Shown here: in pieces, positions 13,561-26,308 of the stretch
How the letters are laid out: each line of letters begins with the position of its first letter
How positions within the stretch are numbered: the first letter of the stretch is position 1
From: Lama guanicoe
Taxonomy: Eukaryota
Direction: 5' to 3'
Length of the DNA stretch: 64,000 bases
NCBI GenBank assembly: GCA_013239625.1
Contig: MU054400.1
Span: 45,146 to 109,145, forward strand
The notes under the pieces: model-generated
Databases searched by the model: none
What the model was told of the DNA's origin: nothing
What the model saw: only the letters and a program-made list of their open reading frames with translations
Position numbers and translations under genes: made by a program

Positions 13561-16314
13561 TTTTACAATAAGAAGCTGTTGTTTTTGTAATAGAGAAGTC
13601 ATTTAAGAATATGAAACGAACCACTCAAAGGAAAAGGAAAAAAAAACTTTATCTGCTTCCTTGGGGATTTAAGTGAGCTCCATATAGGCTCAAGAGAAAT
13701 GTAGAAATTGGTCACTGTCTAATGAATGTTGCCAATATCCAAAGCAGAGAAACTCAGGATAGAGAGAGATCTGCTTTGTCCCGTGAATTGACAGTTCTTG
13801 GAACAAACCAAATGGTTACTTGCCAGCTTTTCCCTTCCCTTTGGACCCTAAACCCACCCTTAGGCAGCATGCCCTTTTTTTCCCTCTTAAATCCCCATGA
13901 GCTCAATTTAATGTTCTGATTTCAGAGGGAAGAGTTAAAAATATACGCACAACCTATTATCCTGATTGAGAGTAAGTAAGTCCCACTTCAGAAATTATAA
14001 AAAGTAACTTCACAAATCATGGGCAGTATTATCTTGAAGAATAATTTCACTGGTGTTGATAGCTTTTCCTTTATTTCTCTGGCCTGGAAGGTGACAGTGG
14101 AGATAGAATTGGAATTGTTACAATGTAAAGTTATTTGACTCAAAACTCGAAGCGCTCTTGACTACTGAGCAGTTAAAGAATCTGGGTCATCACCAAGTTC
14201 ACTGTGATTTTTTTTTTCTCTTTAAACCTTGACATCCACCAACTCTGGTTTCAATTTTTTATGGACCTTTTTCATTTACACTCTAATACTGAAAACATTA
14301 TTATGAAAACAGCAAAGTTCAGGGGTGAACCTTGATCCAAAATGATACCTAAATCTAGCAAACATTTTTTTTATTTAAAGAGAAACATTTCTGTTAGAAG
14401 TATTTTCATTGGTAGTGTTTTGTTATTATTTCTTGAGTTTGGTTTTGCAATTTGACCTCCCAGTCTCTTTCCTCATTTTTATTAGAATGTCTCAACTTTT
14501 GTGGAACTGTGTGCTGTGGGCTTATTTCCAGCTGTTTCCAGGAATGAACTGGAAAAACTGGGTAAGGGGTAATGAAAGGGTGAATTTTCTCAGTTAAGTA
14601 TTTCTAAGCTCTTTCCCTGGTCTGAATAATATTAATTGATCTCACGGCCTCTTTAGGTGTTGAGGATCTAACTAATGCATTATTGTCATGTTTTACACAG
14701 TTATCTCAGCAATGACTCTTTTAATCCCAACAAGAATATCATAACAATTTCTGACGAGATTTCATGAGTGTCAAAACTATCTCCTTTGTAAATACTGTCA
14801 GTGACTATCTGGAGTACCATTAAATGTAACACTCAGAAACTTTGAACTACATCCAAATCTGATTTCAAATTACGTAAATAAGGAGAAATTTCCTCTTTGG
14901 TCTGTGAGGCCATTCACATTCAGAGACCTTATTAAAAGTTCACAGAATGGGTGAATCAAGGAAAGTTCTAAGTGGTGGAAAAATCTGAATTCTAGGTCTG
15001 TTGATTCATTCCAATAACTAGAACTAACTTACTTGAGCCAAGGTTAGCCTAAAAGTATTTTATTTTAATGAGAAAATAGGTTTTTTTTACCTAGAATTAA
15101 CACATCTTAAAACAGCCTAAGCACTTCTGGCTTCTGCTTGTACTGTGACTGTGTTATTTACATCAAACTGATGTTCCCAGCATTCTCTGGGGTAAATATC
15201 CCTCTTCCAACTCTGTTTCTGCTGTGAGAAGCCTGGACATCCTTCTGGAGGCAAGAGGACGGGCATGATGACTGGGAGTCCACATGTGCTCAGAGCACAG
15301 CAGAAGCGACGAGGGCACCAGAGGCAGGGCCGTACACGATTAAGAATAACATTCTAAGATGCCTTCCCTTTTTCTTTGGTTAAAATTAAATCCACTTAAC
15401 AGACCTACTATGTGCCAGTATTTGTTCAAGAAGCAGGTTAGTTTAGAAGAGAGAGATTAAAGAACACATAGCTTGAATGCAGTTGGTAACTGTAGGAACC
15501 ACAGAGGAGGAGACAAATCACCCTGACTTGGGGAGTCAGGGGGCTCTTCCAGGAGTATCACGTGATCTGAGGTCCCAGGGGTGTTTACTAAAGAGAGAAG
15601 AGCGGGAAAGACATTCCACACAGAACAGAGCATGCAAAAGCATGAGTAAAGTAGGGTCTGGGAGTATGAGGGCCACGTTGTGACTGAAGTTGAAAGTCTG
15701 GACTGGAGGATGGGAGAGGGCTTATAAAGGAAGTCTGAGGTCAGACTGACGGACTTTTTTTTTTTTTTAAGGCAAGGGATTTGTACTTTATTTAGAAAAT
15801 GGGATCCACTGGCAGATTCAAGATAGGTTGTGATGAACTGTATTTTGGAAAACCGATTCTGGTGACAGTACAAAAGATAAGTTGAGTGGACTGAATACTT
15901 TGATAACTGTAGGTACAAAGTGGGAGGAGAGGAAGTCATTAGATGAGAGATGGACAGACAGGGATGAGGAAGAGATTTAGGAAAGAAGGTCATGTATTAG
16001 GGTTTGACCTGTTGAGTTTGTGATGCCCGAGGTGTTCCTGATGCGGATGCCCAGGATACATTGGGACTATGGATCTGGTCCTGAAGAGACAGGTGGGGGG
16101 GGGTACTGGAGGGATGGAGCCCCCAGTGTACTAGTGAAGGCTGAGATGAGTACCTTGAGGAATGGCTACATCTGGTGGAGGGTCGACAGGGGCTGCTGAT
16201 TGGGGGTCAGGATGGGATCAGAAATGCCTTGTTCCACTACAGCAGGATCTCTCCTCTATTTCTTTTCTTTTTCTCTGACACGTACACACATCCACAGACC
16301 TTCATTCTCCATGT

Positions 16315-16503
16315 CAGGGATCAGCTAACTTGTACTGTAAAGGGTCAATATGAAATACTTCAGGTTTTGTTGACTACATACTATCTCTGTTCATATATTT
16401 TTCTTCCATCCTTTAAAAATATAAAGATTATTTTTTGCTTGAGAGCCAAACATATACAGGTATTGGACCAGATTTGGCCTGTGAGCCAGTTTGTGGACCC
16501 CTG
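16315..16503 (+). mobile_element. hAT-Charlie MITE (MER58A-like)
   Basis: cagggatcagctaact...ctgtaaagggtca...agtttgtggacccctg terminal inverted repeats. Confidence 0.65.
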
Positions 16504-16959
16504 CTCTAAGGTTCTCTCAGGAATTGATTACATCAAAGCAACTAACACTTATCTTGAAGAATATTCACATCAAGAGAAAAGACAAAAATCAGCGTGGTAA
16601 CTGAATGTATTCTTGTAGGGTAGACAACAGCCTCCAGCCCTTTTCTTCTCAAGGAGTGCCTACCCACTGTTACCTGGCAGACTGCCCCTCGCCCTTCAGA
16701 CTACATCGATGTCACTTCCTCCCGGAAGGCACCCCTGGCTCCCTGGTGGTGCACGGCCCTTTCTGACGGCTCCCATGGCTCCCTGTACTGCCCGTATCAT
16801 GACACGGATGGTCACTCTCGTACAGTTGCCTGGTTGCCGTTTGCATCTCTCACCAGGCTCTGAGCCCCAGCTGGGCAGTGCACATGCCACTGCACCATCA
16901 TGTGCCCAGCATGTGGCAGAGGTCAGCTCTGTAGCTCATTAATAAGCGAAGGAAGAAGG

Positions 16960-17510
16960 TGGGTATACTGGTTAAGACAGAGGCTCCAGGACTAGTCAGA
17001 CCTGGGTTCAGTGACAGCTCTGTAATCTACAAGCATCTGACCCTGGAGAAGTTCTAAGTCTTTCTGTGCCTCAGCTTCCTCTTCTGTACTTTGGGGCAAC
17101 AGCAGTACCTACTTGAGGGGTTGTCACTACGACTACATGAGCCCCTGGCTATAAAGCGCTTGGCACCTACGACGTATCTAGCAACCCTACACTTCAGCTC
17201 CTGCTGTTATTATTATGATAGTTGTTGTTATTACCACTATGACCATTCCTGCTACAGCTTCTGTGACTGCTGCGACAGGGAGCAGTATGGTAGCATTCTG
17301 GAATCAGACTGCCTGGGTTTCAGTTCCAGTTCCATTTACTAGCTGTGTGGTCCTGAGCAGGTTTCTTACCCTCTCTGTGTCTCAGTTTCCTCTTGAAAAA
17401 AATGTGGATATCAGTTGCACCTAACTCAATGGGATGTTTTGGCAACTAAATGAGAAAATACATGTAAAGCATTTTAAATAGTGGCCTATTCCTAATAGTG
17501 TCAGCAAGTG
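16960..17510 (+). mobile_element. Two tandem MIR SINE copies
   Basis: MIR core phrases (tctgtgcctcagcttcctc; ctctctgtgtctcagtttcctc). Similar MIRs lie near 7.8, 21.9, 28.1, 35.9 and 53.0 kb. Confidence 0.65.
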
Positions 17511-18309
17511 TAACTATCAATTAGTGAAGTCAGACTTGGGTCCCAACTATTAATTTTACTGTCCTTTTCTATATTCACTCAATCCATGGCACAGTTTATA
17601 AGCCTTTCCTGTGTGCTAAACATGCAAGGTTGCAACTATGACTTATTCTACCTTGACTCAAAACAGTGTAGTTTGATTATAAAAATTCTGGAGAAGCTTC
17701 CTGATACCCTGCATTGTCCGTGGCGGTCCTGATGGACGGAATGACTTTAAGCAAACCTCGGCGTATAACCTGGGCGTTACAGATGCTCTTGGGTGGCACC
17801 ACCCTTCACATAAACCTCTGTTTGAAAGGTAGGAGACTGTGTTTCTATAAATTCCTGTGCCTCCTGGCATCACTGGTTCCCTTTCTCCCAAAACAAACAG
17901 ATGAAAATGCCAGCCCAGACATGGCTCAGCTCAGAGAGGTACTGTAACCAGGTCACAGATGAGAAAGGAGTATAGAAAGGTTTCTTTAAATATTTAAGCT
18001 GCTGTTGTCATTATAAATGTCTTGAGTCTGTTCCTAAGAGCCAGACTTTAAGATTAGAATAGTTTTAACTTAAATGCACTTAATGTTTTCTACCCACCGT
18101 GTTTACAGGCATTTTAGGAATCACCTGAAGCAAATAATAATTATTCTTTTTACTTTCTTTAACTATCTTTCCTTTCCCATGTGAGTGAGGGCATATACTA
18201 CTCAGCAAGCCTGCAGATGAAATTGCCATTTTGTTTATTATCACTAATAAATTTGACCAGTAACATTCTAAGCCTTAAAATTTATACATTTGGTTTTTCT
18301 CTTTCACAG

Positions 18310-18379
18310 GGCAGACAGTTTACAGAAGAATCAAGACTTGGAATTTGAAAGAAACAGAGAACGATTTGAATTTTTAAAG
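18310..18379 (+). CDS. ACO1: ACO1 exon 5
   Basis: acag|[23 protein letters not shown]|gtatgg; 70 nt; read by hand (not in ORF track). Confidence 0.95.
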
Positions 18380-18508
18380 GTATGGGCGGAGTTTGGTTCC
18401 ACTGGTTGATTCTTTATGTGTGTCCCATGCCAGGGAGAGGTGCCTAGGAGGTGAGCTACATAAGGTGTGTCTGGCACTCATAGTGTTCTTCCTATTTTTC
18501 AGTCCTAG

Positions 18509-18679
18509 TGGGGTTCTCAGGCCTTTTGCAATATGCGGATTATTACCCCTGGCTCAGGAATCATCAAATCTGGAGTGCAAGAGTGGTATTTGATCAGGAT
18601 GGATACTATTACCCAGACAGCCTCGTGGGCACAGACTCGCACACCACTATGATTGATGGTTTGGGCGTTCTCGGCTGGG
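18509..18679 (+). CDS. ACO1: ACO1 exon 6, frameshifted in this sequence
   Basis: [19 protein letters not shown] is in one frame and [34 protein letters not shown] is in another. Length is 171 nt where 184 is expected. Confidence 0.9.
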
Positions 18680-19211
18680 GTGAGTGTTCTGCATTCCTAG
18701 TCCACACACGCTGTCCTAGGACGTATTGTGATTTACTCTGATACCATTACATCCCAGGAGCATGAATTTGAGTGACCACAAGTATCAGAGAGGTATTTTT
18801 GTCTGTTTTGTGTACTGCTGTATTTCTAGAACCCAGAAAAGTGTCTTGTGCCTATTAGGCACTCAGTATAATGTCTGGAAGAATGAACTGGAATAAGGGG
18901 TTAGGGACATTTAGAATGAAAATCACCTGGGTTGTTTGTTAAACACGGAGATTCTGGAACCCCCATTCTCCTTTTTAGCATCGAATCGAGGAAGTTTTGA
19001 TACAGGTGTTTGGGGGACCACACTTTGAGAAATACTTATTAAACTTCTGTAGCGGGGAACAGAGAAAAGACAACTGCTCTTTATGAAAACATAACTCAAC
19101 TCTATACTAGTAAAACACTGTTACTGGGTTGACGACTTGTTAATGACACTGAACTCTGCCCGAGGGATATAATGAGGAATAATGAAAACATTGTCACGCC
19201 TTTCCATACAG

Positions 19212-19351
19212 GTGTGGGTGGCATCGAAGCAGAAGCTGTCATGCTGGGCCAGCCAATCAGCATGGTGCTTCCCCAGGTGATTGGCTACAGGCTGATGGGC
19301 AATCCCCACCCTCTGGTAACATCCACTGACATCGTGCTCACCATCACCAAG
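19212..19351 (+). CDS. ACO1: ACO1 exon 7
   Basis: acag|[15 protein letters not shown]...TDIVLTITK|gtaacg; 140 nt. Confidence 0.96.
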
Positions 19352-21057
19352 GTAACGATGTACTGCCTCTTCTGTGGTCTTGAAGAGTCCCAGAAACAAA
19401 CAGGGAGGCAGTACGTGATGGAGTCTCTTGGGTTCCATGTGCTCTAGAAATGCTAGAAAACAGTTTATGTTGATGACTTTAAAAGAGACGAGATGAGGGG
19501 AGAATTCTGTGGTTAAGTTTCAGATCATTATGTTCGCTTGACTCTTCTGTTGCTGCATAGATCTTTTTCTTTAAAATTTTTTTTGAAATTGTGAAATAAT
19601 TTAAATACACAGGTGTTAAACGAAATTTATATACCCACCATGTAGACTTAACAGATGGTAACACTTTGCTGTATTTGCTTCGGAGCTCTCTCTGTATGTA
19701 TATTTTTTAAGAAGTGAAATGTAGTATTTATGGCTAGAGCCATCCTCCTCCATCCTAGAAATAATCACTATCCTGAGGTTGTAAGAAATCATTCCCCTGC
19801 ATGTGTTTATAGTTCTACATTTTTCCCATGCCATTCTTCTTTATATGTAAATAACAAACTCATTCTATGAGTAATTTCTGACTTTATTATTCCATTCTCT
19901 GTAATATAAGTTACATTATTGTAACAGATGTTTCTCCAAGCTGGAAAATAATAGTTGTTTTTCTTTTTCTTTTTCTTTTTCTTTAGCCCTTGTAATAAAT
20001 AATCTTTTTTTTTTTTTTTTGGTGATTTGCTTGCTTTGCAAAAAGAAGGCAGTTTCATATTGAAAATTACTAGAAAAGTAATGTTTTTTAAAATTATCAC
20101 AATTTTTCCTGTTTGTATAATCTGGAGGCTTGGGGTACTTGGGATGGTTACTATACTGTTGATTAAGTCTTCATGGAAATTGGAATTGCACTTATCTGAA
20201 TACTATAGCTTATCAGAGATGCATACCTGATTCTTCACGTGTGAAATAATATAGGCTTTGCCCACAAAATTTGGCCGAATTCCACACAACCAAAAGAGCC
20301 TGGTTGTGTGGCTGTCCACAGTTCATGAAACTGATTTCATGCAGGGCCAGGCCAGTCACTGACCTGGCTGATGGCTTGTATGGAGAAGATGTGGGAGTCA
20401 GACCACTGAGATCTTTCAGTTACATTTGACTTGTACCTTTGTTTAGGTTATTTGTTGATTATACCCTTGAAAACAAGGCATTTGCTTACTCAAGTGCAAA
20501 TCATAATTTATTTAAGTCAAAAGAATTTAACTTTTAGGACTTCCAGGCACTTTCACTGATCTCATTAGAATGAAAGGTTTCTCATTTTGAAACACTTTTC
20601 TTCATGTTATTTGTGGGGTTTTTTTATTATTTTTTCTTTCTTTTTTTAAGAAATGTTTTGGCATAATTTTAGATTTATAGGAGCGCTGATGTAAAGATAA
20701 CAGAGTTCCTGTTACCTTTCTCCCAGCTTCCCCAGAAGTTAACATCTTACATCACCATGGTACATTTATCAGAAATAGTAGTTAACATCGGAATGACATT
20801 ATTAACTAAACTAGAAACTTCACCAGTTTTTTCAGTAGTGTCCTTTTTCTTTTCCAGGATCAACTTCAGGATGCCATGCTGTATTTGGGTGGCATTATTT
20901 TTTAAATTTTATTTTTAAAAGTAATCAAAAATATGCTGGGCTAACTTATTGTTTGTGTTTGCTCACAAGGCTAGTTTGTGAGGACTGCAAGGGGATAGTT
21001 CAGCATTTTAAATATGGGCCATCACACCTCAAACTCTTCTATTGTTCTATTGCTCAG

Positions 21058-21229
21058 CACCTCCGCCAGGTTGGGGTAGTGGGCAAATTTGTTGAATTCT
21101 TCGGGCCAGGAGTAGCCCAGCTGTCCATTGCTGACCGAGCTACCATTGCCAATATGTGCCCAGAGTATGGAGCGACTGCTGCCTTTTTCCCAGTTGATGA
21201 AGTCAGTATCAAGTACCTGGTGCAGACAG
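21058..21229 (+). CDS. ACO1: ACO1 exon 8
   Basis: tcag|[16 protein letters not shown]...[14 protein letters not shown]...LVQT|gtaagt; 172 nt. Confidence 0.96.
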
Positions 21230-22485
21230 GTAAGTGCAGAACTCTGAAAACAGAAGGTCCTTTGTAAAGTTGCATAGAATGCTGAGAACAGAGCATTACC
21301 CTCTCCTCTGTCCCTAGATTTAATAGTTGAGGTATTCAACTTAAAGAAGAGAAAGGAAGGGATGATGAAAGGAAGGGGTGAGGGAGCTGCAAAATACATC
21401 CAGAGATAAGATTAATTTCTATGGCTCTAGAGGTGGCCACCTCTTACTGATCCGGTACCAAATTTGTAACATCTCTTGAAGTGAAACAAATGGTTTCAGA
21501 GAAGTTGAACCCTTTCTCAAACTGAAACCTAAGAGAAGTTTCTCCCATGCGTCTTCATGGAGTGGATGACATGGGATGTAATGAACACTGGGGCCCAACA
21601 GCAGGTCATGATAAATATGTGATCAGTCAGTCATCTGTTAAAAGGTCCATGCTGAAAGCTGATGACCTTTCCAATTCCATTAAAACAAACAGGCAAACAA
21701 AAAACTCCTGATCTGTTGTGGATCCAAGAATCAAGCTCTCAGTCTTATTTAACTGTCAGAGAAACGGAAGGCCTGCATGTCTGCTGGGCAAACTTCATGC
21801 ATATTATCTCCTGCAACCAGGGTCTTGACAAGAATCAAACAGCAGACCATTCAGGGTCATATTCCCGGTAAAACAACATTATGAGTCAGGACTTTGACCT
21901 CTGGAGTTAAATTCAGGTTCAGATCCTGGTTCTGCCATTTATTGTCTATGCTCCAAGGGAAAGATATTTCATCTTTTTGAGCTACTCTTTCCTTATCTGT
22001 AAGTGAGAATAACAGTATTTGTGTCATAATAAGGTCATGATGAAGGAGTAGAGATTTAAATAATGTTTAGCACACAGTGCTGGGCACACAGGAAGGGCTC
22101 GTAGCTGATGGTTTGTGGTGGGAGACTGGGTGGATTACTGTTTTAACAGGAATCAAGTGCGATGCTGAGGGTCTGTGGCCAGTGGAAGGCAGATGCGAGG
22201 TATGCTGTGACAGATCGCCGAGGCTCAGGATCCTCCTAATTAGAACCATAACCAAAGAGAAAGGAGTACGTAGAACACCAGAATCTTCTTCCAAAAGTGG
22301 TCACTTTGGTCGATCAGTTAATAGCTCCCAGTAAACAGCAGCATCAGCCAGAGAGTCAGACTGTTTGTCTGGGAGCCGCCATGTCAGCAGAGCTCTTGGT
22401 ATGACTTGTATAACTGCTGGTAGAGGCATTAGTTTAATCAGGAAATTAACATCTGTTACTTGCTACTTCTTAAAATACCCATTAG

Positions 22486-22586
22486 GTCGTGAAGAAGAAA
22501 AGGTAAAGCATATTAAAAAGTATCTTCAGGCTGTAGGAATGTTTCGGGATTTCAGTGACCCCTCTCAAGACCCAGACTTTGCCCAG
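22486..22586 (+). CDS. ACO1: ACO1 exon 9
   Basis: ttag|GREEEKVKHIKKYLQAVGMFRDFSDPSQDPDFAQ|gtaaga; 101 nt. Confidence 0.95.
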
Positions 22587-23533
22587 GTAAGAAAGCGCCT
22601 TGCATCCAGCGTGTGTTTCCTCTTCCTCAAGGCTGTGGTTTTAGTTGTGAATGTTTTCTCTTGGGGGTGGGGGGTGTACTGGTAGGAAATTAGTCACTGC
22701 CAAGTTATTGTAGAAGAACAGGGTGTTAAAAGGCTGAAAAATTAAAACGATAAGGAACCACAGACATAACAAAGTAACGTAACGTCTCCCATTCTGGCTG
22801 GCCATTCGGTTGAGTTGGGTGTACTCCCCCTTTTTGATTTACTCCTTTATGTGGAACACTTCTGGAGAAGGAGTTTAGAAGGACTAGAGCTCTTTAAAGG
22901 CTGATAAGCTTATCATCATTGTAGATGGGGAAAGAAACAGAGGTGTGAACGAATCAATTAATTCTGATTTATCCAACAATGTACTTGTCTTCATTCATTT
23001 TCTAGGGTGCAAACTAAATCCACTTTTTTCTCAGCAGCCAACCAATCTCAGGGTAAACTAGATGTGGGACCCTTGTTTGGTTTCATATTATGTTGAGGGA
23101 AGGAAATACTCAATTAGACGAGGGCTCATTTCCTGGCATTGATGACTTAATGGCTGCATTCCCCACCAAGTCATCTTAGAAAAATTACAATGGTTTATCT
23201 GTCATTTCAGTACAAAAACCATCTCAGACTAACTTAAGTAATAAAAAGGATGTATGAGCTGCTTTACAAAGATGGATGAGTGGAAGGCGGCGGCGGCAGC
23301 TACACTGCCCACCTTGGTCTTTCCAAGAGGTGGCCAGACTTCAGCCTGTCCATGCTACCCAAGTGCTCATCCAGATCTTTGAAAATTCACCCCTTAGGTG
23401 TTCCTTGTTTTTCAGTGTGGGCGTTGAGTTTGTCTTTATGGTTGTGATGTTTCAAATTCTCTGGCAGGGTTGCATTTTGTGTGTCTGTGGCTGTAATGTC
23501 AGTTCTAAGGTTCCCTTTCTTTTGGGCGCACAG

Positions 23534-23650
23534 GTTGTGGAATTAGATTTGAAAACAGTAGTGCCTTGCTGCAGTGGACCCAAAAGGCCTCAGGACAAAG
23601 TCGCAGTGTCTGACATGAAAAAGGACTTTGAAAGCTGCCTCGGAGCCAAG
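23534..23650 (+). CDS. ACO1: ACO1 exon 10
   Basis: acag|[21 protein letters not shown]...SCLGAK|gtaggg; 117 nt. Confidence 0.96.
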
Positions 23651-24747
23651 GTAGGGACCTGGGAGGGGCAGGTGGAAATCCTCCCCAGCCCTGCCGTGCC
23701 CCAGGCTTCTCTTCTGCCCCCTCGATGATGAATCTTCCTGAAGCCGGGTGCTGAGGGCGTTTTCTTCTCCAGCCTCCAGTTCTGGATGTCTCTCCCCTAT
23801 CAGCTAAGGGTCAAGCAGCTTCCTTGGAGCACTTGATTACCTGTGAATACAACTCAGTCCTCCTTTTCAGAAGCATCTCTACTTTTTAGGTGACTCTCAC
23901 CACAGTGTTCACTCTACTTGCCCAAGTTTTTCCAGCCACTGTACTTTGGTTTACGCCATTCCCTGCCTGCATGTCCCTTCCCCATCTGCTTGTCCTCATC
24001 TATCAGCTCCTCTACAATGTGACCTCAGATCTCGTAGCAGAAAGTCACCTCACCCTCGTGTGAACCTTCATGGCAATCAGTCTGAAACCCTGTGATGGCA
24101 TTTCACATTCTTTAACTTTCTTGTCGGTGCTTTGTCTTATTTACATGTCTGATTTCCCTTAGTAGACTGTAAATCTGAGGGTACCATTTATGTCGCAATC
24201 ACCTTTTTATCCCACAAAGTGCCCAGCACAGCATCTGTACAGGGCAGATTTTCAATGAACATTTCCCAAATGAATGATTAAGATTTGTGATGGGTTTTAT
24301 CCATGGGACACCAGCATTTTACCAAATGTTCCGCTGTACTTCATCGGCCTTACTGACCATGATTAGTTGAATCTGGCCAAAATGACACCTTTTTCTAAAT
24401 TTCCAAAAGATTAGTACTGGTGGCCTCAGTCTGCAGACATTAAACCTGTACTAATTATTTCTAACGAGACTAACTTTGAACTAAATTTGTAGTTTTAGTG
24501 TTTTGATATTTGAGATGGGAAGAAAGTAATTGTTAATAATTTCAAAGCAGAATAAGATTCAGAAATCATGACTCCCTTTTATAAAGATTTAAAAGGGGAC
24601 TTTAATTTTTCTGTAGCATTTCAGAGTTTACCAGCTGAGATGTTTGCTTTGTTAAGAACTGCCCTTTAAAATTATAGTTACCAAAGTATTTCTTCTTCTC
24701 CCAAAGTGAGAACTTTTGACCATATGTATATTTTTTTCTTCCTATAG

Positions 24748-24907
24748 CAAGGATTTAAAGGATTCCAGGTTGCTCCAGACCATCATAATGACCATAAGAC
24801 GTTCATCTATAATAACAGCGAGTTCAGCCTTGCTCATGGTTCCGTGGTCATTGCTGCCATCACGAGCTGCACAAACACCAGTAATCCATCTGTGATGTTA
24901 GGAGCAG
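24748..24907 (+). CDS. ACO1: ACO1 exon 11 (Fe-S ligand Cys437)
   Basis: atag|[17 protein letters not shown]...[19 protein letters not shown]|gtaagt; 160 nt. Confidence 0.96.
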
Positions 24908-25526
24908 GTAAGTGACATCCCTCCCAATGGTCAAGTGGACATGTGGGTGAAACAAACCGGTTTCCTTAAGACAAGTCACCAGCTTGTCTCTAGCTTTTTG
25001 TCTCTTTATAACCCCTCCTTATTTCTTCCCTACTTCTGTGACATGTCCTAAGACAGAGCACCATGTCCCTGCAGTAGTCTCTGTATTTGCCAAAAGTCCA
25101 GGGGCCCAGGCGCTCTGTATCTTCCCCTTTAAGAAATATCTGACGGCTAAATTTTTACTCCTAGGTAGACTATATTCCTCACCAGCCAGTACACAGTTCG
25201 TAAACTTTAAGAAGGAGCCCTTCCAATTACTTTTCATCTGAATAAAACATAATTAGAAAGATGACTTTCTCTCAAAACAAACAAACAAAAAAGCACGTCT
25301 CTTTCATCACGTCCGTGACTAATTTTGAGTTTACTGCACACATGTAAATAACTTTGGGTCAATGAGCTTTTGACTTTTCGACTTCTCCCAGGCAGAAGTG
25401 GCAGAAAGTAACGCTTTTGTCAGGCAGTGTGGCAGGAAGTGCAGTCTGAAAAGCCTGTCTCTTTCCTGAACTGTCCCTGGCGCCTAGAGCGGGCAGTCAC
25501 CACGTGTCTGTGTGTACTGTTCACAG

Positions 25527-25662
25527 GCTTGTTAGCAAAGAAAGCTGTGGACGCTGGCCTGAGCGTGAAGCCTTACATCAAAACTAGCCTGTCTCCTGGA
25601 AGTGGTGTGGTCACCTACTACCTGCGAGAAAGTGGAGTCATGCCTTACCTGTCTCAGCTTGG
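25527..25662 (+). CDS. ACO1: ACO1 exon 12
   Basis: acag|[46 protein letters not shown]|gtgagg; 136 nt. Confidence 0.96.
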
Positions 25663-26308
25663 GTGAGGGAGAAATTTTTTTTACACCATTGCTTTTGTTT
25701 TATTTTATTCCAAGGGTATCCTGCTAGGTCACCTTGTAATGGATGTAAGCTTATCTGATGGTGTCTAATTTTGTCAGATGTTAAATAGACTTAAACCCTC
25801 AGGTTCCAACAAGGCAAGGCCCTCCTGTACAGTTGTGCTGGTTGTTCATCAGACACAGGTGCCCATGAAGAGAGCAGAGGCTGAAGTCAAGCCTGTGCTC
25901 TGCTGTAGCCCTGCACCTCCCGATGGAGGAGGGAGCAGGTGCTTTTTATCTCAGTTGCAGAAAGGTGTGCTACGTGCTAATGTGGACTCTGCAACTGAGA
26001 ATCTGCTCTTTGGTATGAAAATAATTATTTTCCAGGCCCAAAAATGTTCAGACTCCTTGAAGTAAATTAGTTATCTGTTGCCAAGGACAGTTTCTCCAAT
26101 TAACCTACTATTCCTAATTTGGATGACACAGATTTTTTAATCATGTGCCTCATAAAAGTCAGAAGTTCTTAGGATTATATAATAAAAGTATTTAATAGAG
26201 ACATCAAATGGCATATCTGATTTCAACTTTCAAAAATTCTAGATCATTCAAGTAGACCCCTTATAATTTACTTACAAATTTAAAAGCAAATTACTTTAAA
26301 AAGTAAAT

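Noticed and set aside
15457..15993. 178-aa ORF on -
   Set aside because: It overlaps an L2-like remnant and a T homopolymer and has no protein-like features.
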